Both the position numbers and the translations under genes were made by a program. From Patescibacteria group bacterium (lineage in GTDB: Bacteria; Patescibacteriota; Patescibacteriia; SBBC01; CAIJZX01), in assembly GCA_038065275.1 (NCBI GenBank), contig JBBTRH010000013.1, positions 32,106 through 96,105 of the forward strand: a stretch of 64,000 nucleotides of DNA, written 5' to 3'. Below, in pieces: positions 61,677-64,000 of the stretch. The notes under the pieces were generated by a model. The model searched no databases and was not told the DNA's origin. It saw nothing but the letters and a program-made list of their open reading frames with translations. Positions within the stretch are counted from its first letter, which is position 1. Every line of letters begins with the position of its first letter.

Positions 61677-63470
61677 ATGACTGATTTTATTAAGGTTGCG
61701 CGCCCTCTCCCCCAAAAACCCGGCGTTTACCTTTTCCACGCCGCTGATGACACCGTTATCTACGTCGGTAAAGCAAACAACTTGCGATCGCGGGTATCGT
61801 CGTACTTCCGCCAGAGCGCCAGCCTGCCGTTAGCCAAACAGTTGATGGTCGAACAGGTCGTCCGCATCGAGCACATCATCGTCCGGTCGGAAACAGAAGC
61901 GCTACTTCTCGAATCGACGCTAATTAAAAAGTACCGGCCGAAGTATAACGTTATCCTCAAGGACGACAAATATTTCCAATACATCAAAATCGCCTGGCGC
62001 GAACGATTCCCGACAGTCAGCACCGTCCGCCGCGTGACCATCGATGGCAGTCGTTATTTCGGACCGTACACGTCGGGGTTAGCGGTACGGCAGACGATGC
62101 GCCTGCTGAAGCGGTTGTTTCCGTATAAAAGCTGTAACAATGCTCCCGAAGTCCCCTGCTTTGATTATCAACTGGGCCGCTGTCTCGGTCATGAGACTGG
62201 AAAAAGCAGTGCGGCCAAATACCGCGCGATTATTCTCAAGCTGATCGCCTTCCTCGAGGGCCGGACCGGCACGATTCTTACCGATCTGAAGCGGGACATG
62301 AAACACGCGGCGGCGCGGCGTGACTTCGAAGCCGCCGCGCTGTACCGCGACCGTCGGCGGGCATTGAATCACATCATCGAACAGCAAACGGTCGTCACGC
62401 CGCGCCGCGATTCGTTCGATGTTATGGCGCTCGCCCGCCGTGATGAGCTGGCCGCCGTTAATCTGTTCCAAATCCGTCAAGGCAAACTCGTGCAACGAGA
62501 TCAGTTCATGCTCCAGCACGTTCGCGACCAAGGCGATGCTGAGATACTGACCGCTTTCATCGAGCAATACTATAGCCAGTCAACGGTTCATCCGCGGTTG
62601 GTTGTCACGCCGGTAGCGCTGGCGCCGGAAGTCGGCCACGCGCTCCAGCTCGACATTCGCCCCGCTCAACGCGGGCTGAAAAGAAAACTGGCGGCCATGG
62701 GTCACGAAAACGCCGAAGATTATTTACAGCGCGAACGAGAACGGTGGATGAGCGAGGAATCGAAAGCTAAGCTGGCGCTCGAAGAGTTGGCGCATGCCTT
62801 AAACCTCGAAGGGCCGCCGAAGCGGATCGAAATGTATGACATCTCCAACTTCCAGGGTAAGCATCCGGTCGGATCGATGGTAGTCTTCGAAAACGGTTTA
62901 CCAAAAAAATCAGATTATCGGAAGTTCGCCATTCGCGACACGAACATTCCCGATGATCAACACCGGCTGGCCGAGGTTGTCCGCCGTCGATTTACGCATC
63001 ATGCTCAAAGTGGTCTGGCGGGCCAGGCACCCGAGTCAACGAGTGGTGCCTGGCCAATGCCTGATTTGCTCATCCTCGACGGCGGAAAGTCGCAGTTGTC
63101 TGTCGTGACAAAGAACGTGCCGGGGCTGGCCCAGCACATGTCGGTTATCGCCTTGGCGAAAGGGCGAGAGGAAATTTTCGTGCCGGGCCGGTCTCAACCC
63201 ATTCGTTTGTCCGCCGGCTCACAAGAGTTGTTTCTGATGCAACGCATCCGCGATGAAGCCCATCGTTTCGCGATCGGCTACTACCGGAAAATTCATCGCC
63301 GCGAAACCACTCGATCAATACTCGATGAAATTCCGGGTTTAGGAATAGAGGCGAAGCGGAAATTACTGCAACAATTCGGCACGCTCCAGGACATCCGCGC
63401 CGCCGGTGAGAACGAGTTGAAAAAAATCGTCGGCCCGAAGAAAACCAAATTACTGCAGGAGCACTTATAA
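61677..63470 (+). CDS. uvrC: Excinuclease ABC subunit C
   Basis: PGVY..IYVGKA..LRSRVSSY, YDISN, DGGKSQL, RDEAHRFA, HhH. Confidence 0.97.
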   Translation: MTDFIKVARPLPQKPGVYLFHAADDTVIYVGKANNLRSRVSSYFRQSASLPLAKQLMVEQVVRIEHIIVRSETEALLLESTLIKKYRPKYNVILKDDKYFQYIKIAWRERFPTVSTVRRVTIDGSRYFGPYTSGLAVRQTMRLLKRLFPYKSCNNAPEVPCFDYQLGRCLGHETGKSSAAKYRAIILKLIAFLEGRTGTILTDLKRDMKHAAARRDFEAAALYRDRRRALNHIIEQQTVVTPRRDSFDVMALARRDELAAVNLFQIRQGKLVQRDQFMLQHVRDQGDAEILTAFIEQYYSQSTVHPRLVVTPVALAPEVGHALQLDIRPAQRGLKRKLAAMGHENAEDYLQRERERWMSEESKAKLALEELAHALNLEGPPKRIEMYDISNFQGKHPVGSMVVFENGLPKKSDYRKFAIRDTNIPDDQHRLAEVVRRRFTHHAQSGLAGQAPESTSGAWPMPDLLILDGGKSQLSVVTKNVPGLAQHMSVIALAKGREEIFVPGRSQPIRLSAGSQELFLMQRIRDEAHRFAIGYYRKIHRRETTRSILDEIPGLGIEAKRKLLQQFGTLQDIRAAGENELKKIVGPKKTKLLQEHL

Positions 63471-63853
63471 GTGAAGCTCCGCCAGTCGCCGCCTTTGGCG
63501 GGATCCCGCTTGCGGCGGTGACAGGAGCTGGCGGCCTCACCGAGATGCGGTGCGGAGCCACGTAGAAGCCAAGCGCTTTACGTGGCGGAGCGTAACCCCG
63601 CATCCGTCCCGCCCGCTGGCGGGACTGGTGCGCGGGATAAACAAGTCTCCGGTCACGACCAAAGCTGAACGCCGCCAACGCCGGAAACGCCCGCGGATGA
63701 AAGTCCAGGGCGCTTCGGTCAAGAAATTACAGCAAATTATCATCCGGCGTGCGAAGGAAATATAGGGGCATTATTGACGCTTAGCACTCGTCGTGGTACA
63801 GTAGCGCGGCATCTGTTTTTCGTTGCCACTTCGCACAGAACCTCTTAAGAAGT

Positions 63854-64000
63854 ATGCCTGCTTGGATTAAGTCCGCATTCCCCGCCGTCCAAATCGGCTT
63901 GTCGGTGTTACTGGTCGTTTTCATTCTCATCCAGAGCAAAGGCTCCGGCCTATCCGGCGTTTTCGGCGGCGAAGGGAACGTCTACCGGACGAAACGCGGG
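63854..64000 (+). CDS. secG: Preprotein translocase SecG (runs off the window)
   Basis: MPAWIKSAFPAVQIGLSVLLVVFILIQSKGSGLSGVFGGEGNVYRTKRG. Confidence 0.85.
   Translation, partial: MPAWIKSAFPAVQIGLSVLLVVFILIQSKGSGLSGVFGGEGNVYRTKRG

Noticed and set aside
63780-63806. Second CIRCE upstream of secG
   Set aside because: Only the TTAGCACTC half-site matches
63480-63850. RNase P RNA (gaaagtcc..., acagaacc) or tmRNA
   Set aside because: Only partial motif matches, no convincing P4 pairing or tRNA-like ends; the region is explained by palindromic repeats

Overview
Bacterial chromosomal window, standard genetic code (TGA is used as a stop). Gene content and style suggest a Patescibacteria/CPR genome; this is inference from many leaderless TATACT-N5-9-ATG starts, secreted fibre-like proteins and CPR-type palindromic repeats. 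Backbone genes: sodA, a Fur-family/Nudix/sufCB-sufD-SET-sufS-sufU cluster, pepA, a ZIP transporter, an RRM protein, UPF0182, rpoD-dnaG, ppsA, groES-groEL with CIRCE, csrA, uvrA, truD, uvrC and partial secG. There are two tRNA-anchored defence insertions. (i) An AT-richer island at about 21.1-32.5 kb, 3' of tRNA-Asn, carries a serine-recombinase relic, a pseudoknotted ncRNA candidate, two PD-(D/E)xK nucleases, a Type I RM operon with two putative HEPN genes between hsdM and hsdS, DUF3892, DUF2188 and a divergent XRE-HTH + IrrE/ImmA pair. (ii) A single-chain RM gene lies next to tRNA-Ser. The most striking unexplained structure is a set of 75-103 bp inverted-repeat elements with CCC...GGG ends, mostly unrelated interiors and 4-bp target duplications. 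They sit exactly on ATG start codons (rpoD, dnaG, groES, a small ORF), on TTGAC(A) -35 boxes, on a stop codon, or in-frame in a CDS. Further palindromes are nested in-frame in SufS, SufD, UvrA and UPF0182 and inside a tRNA gene. All calls were made by eye; no database searches were run.
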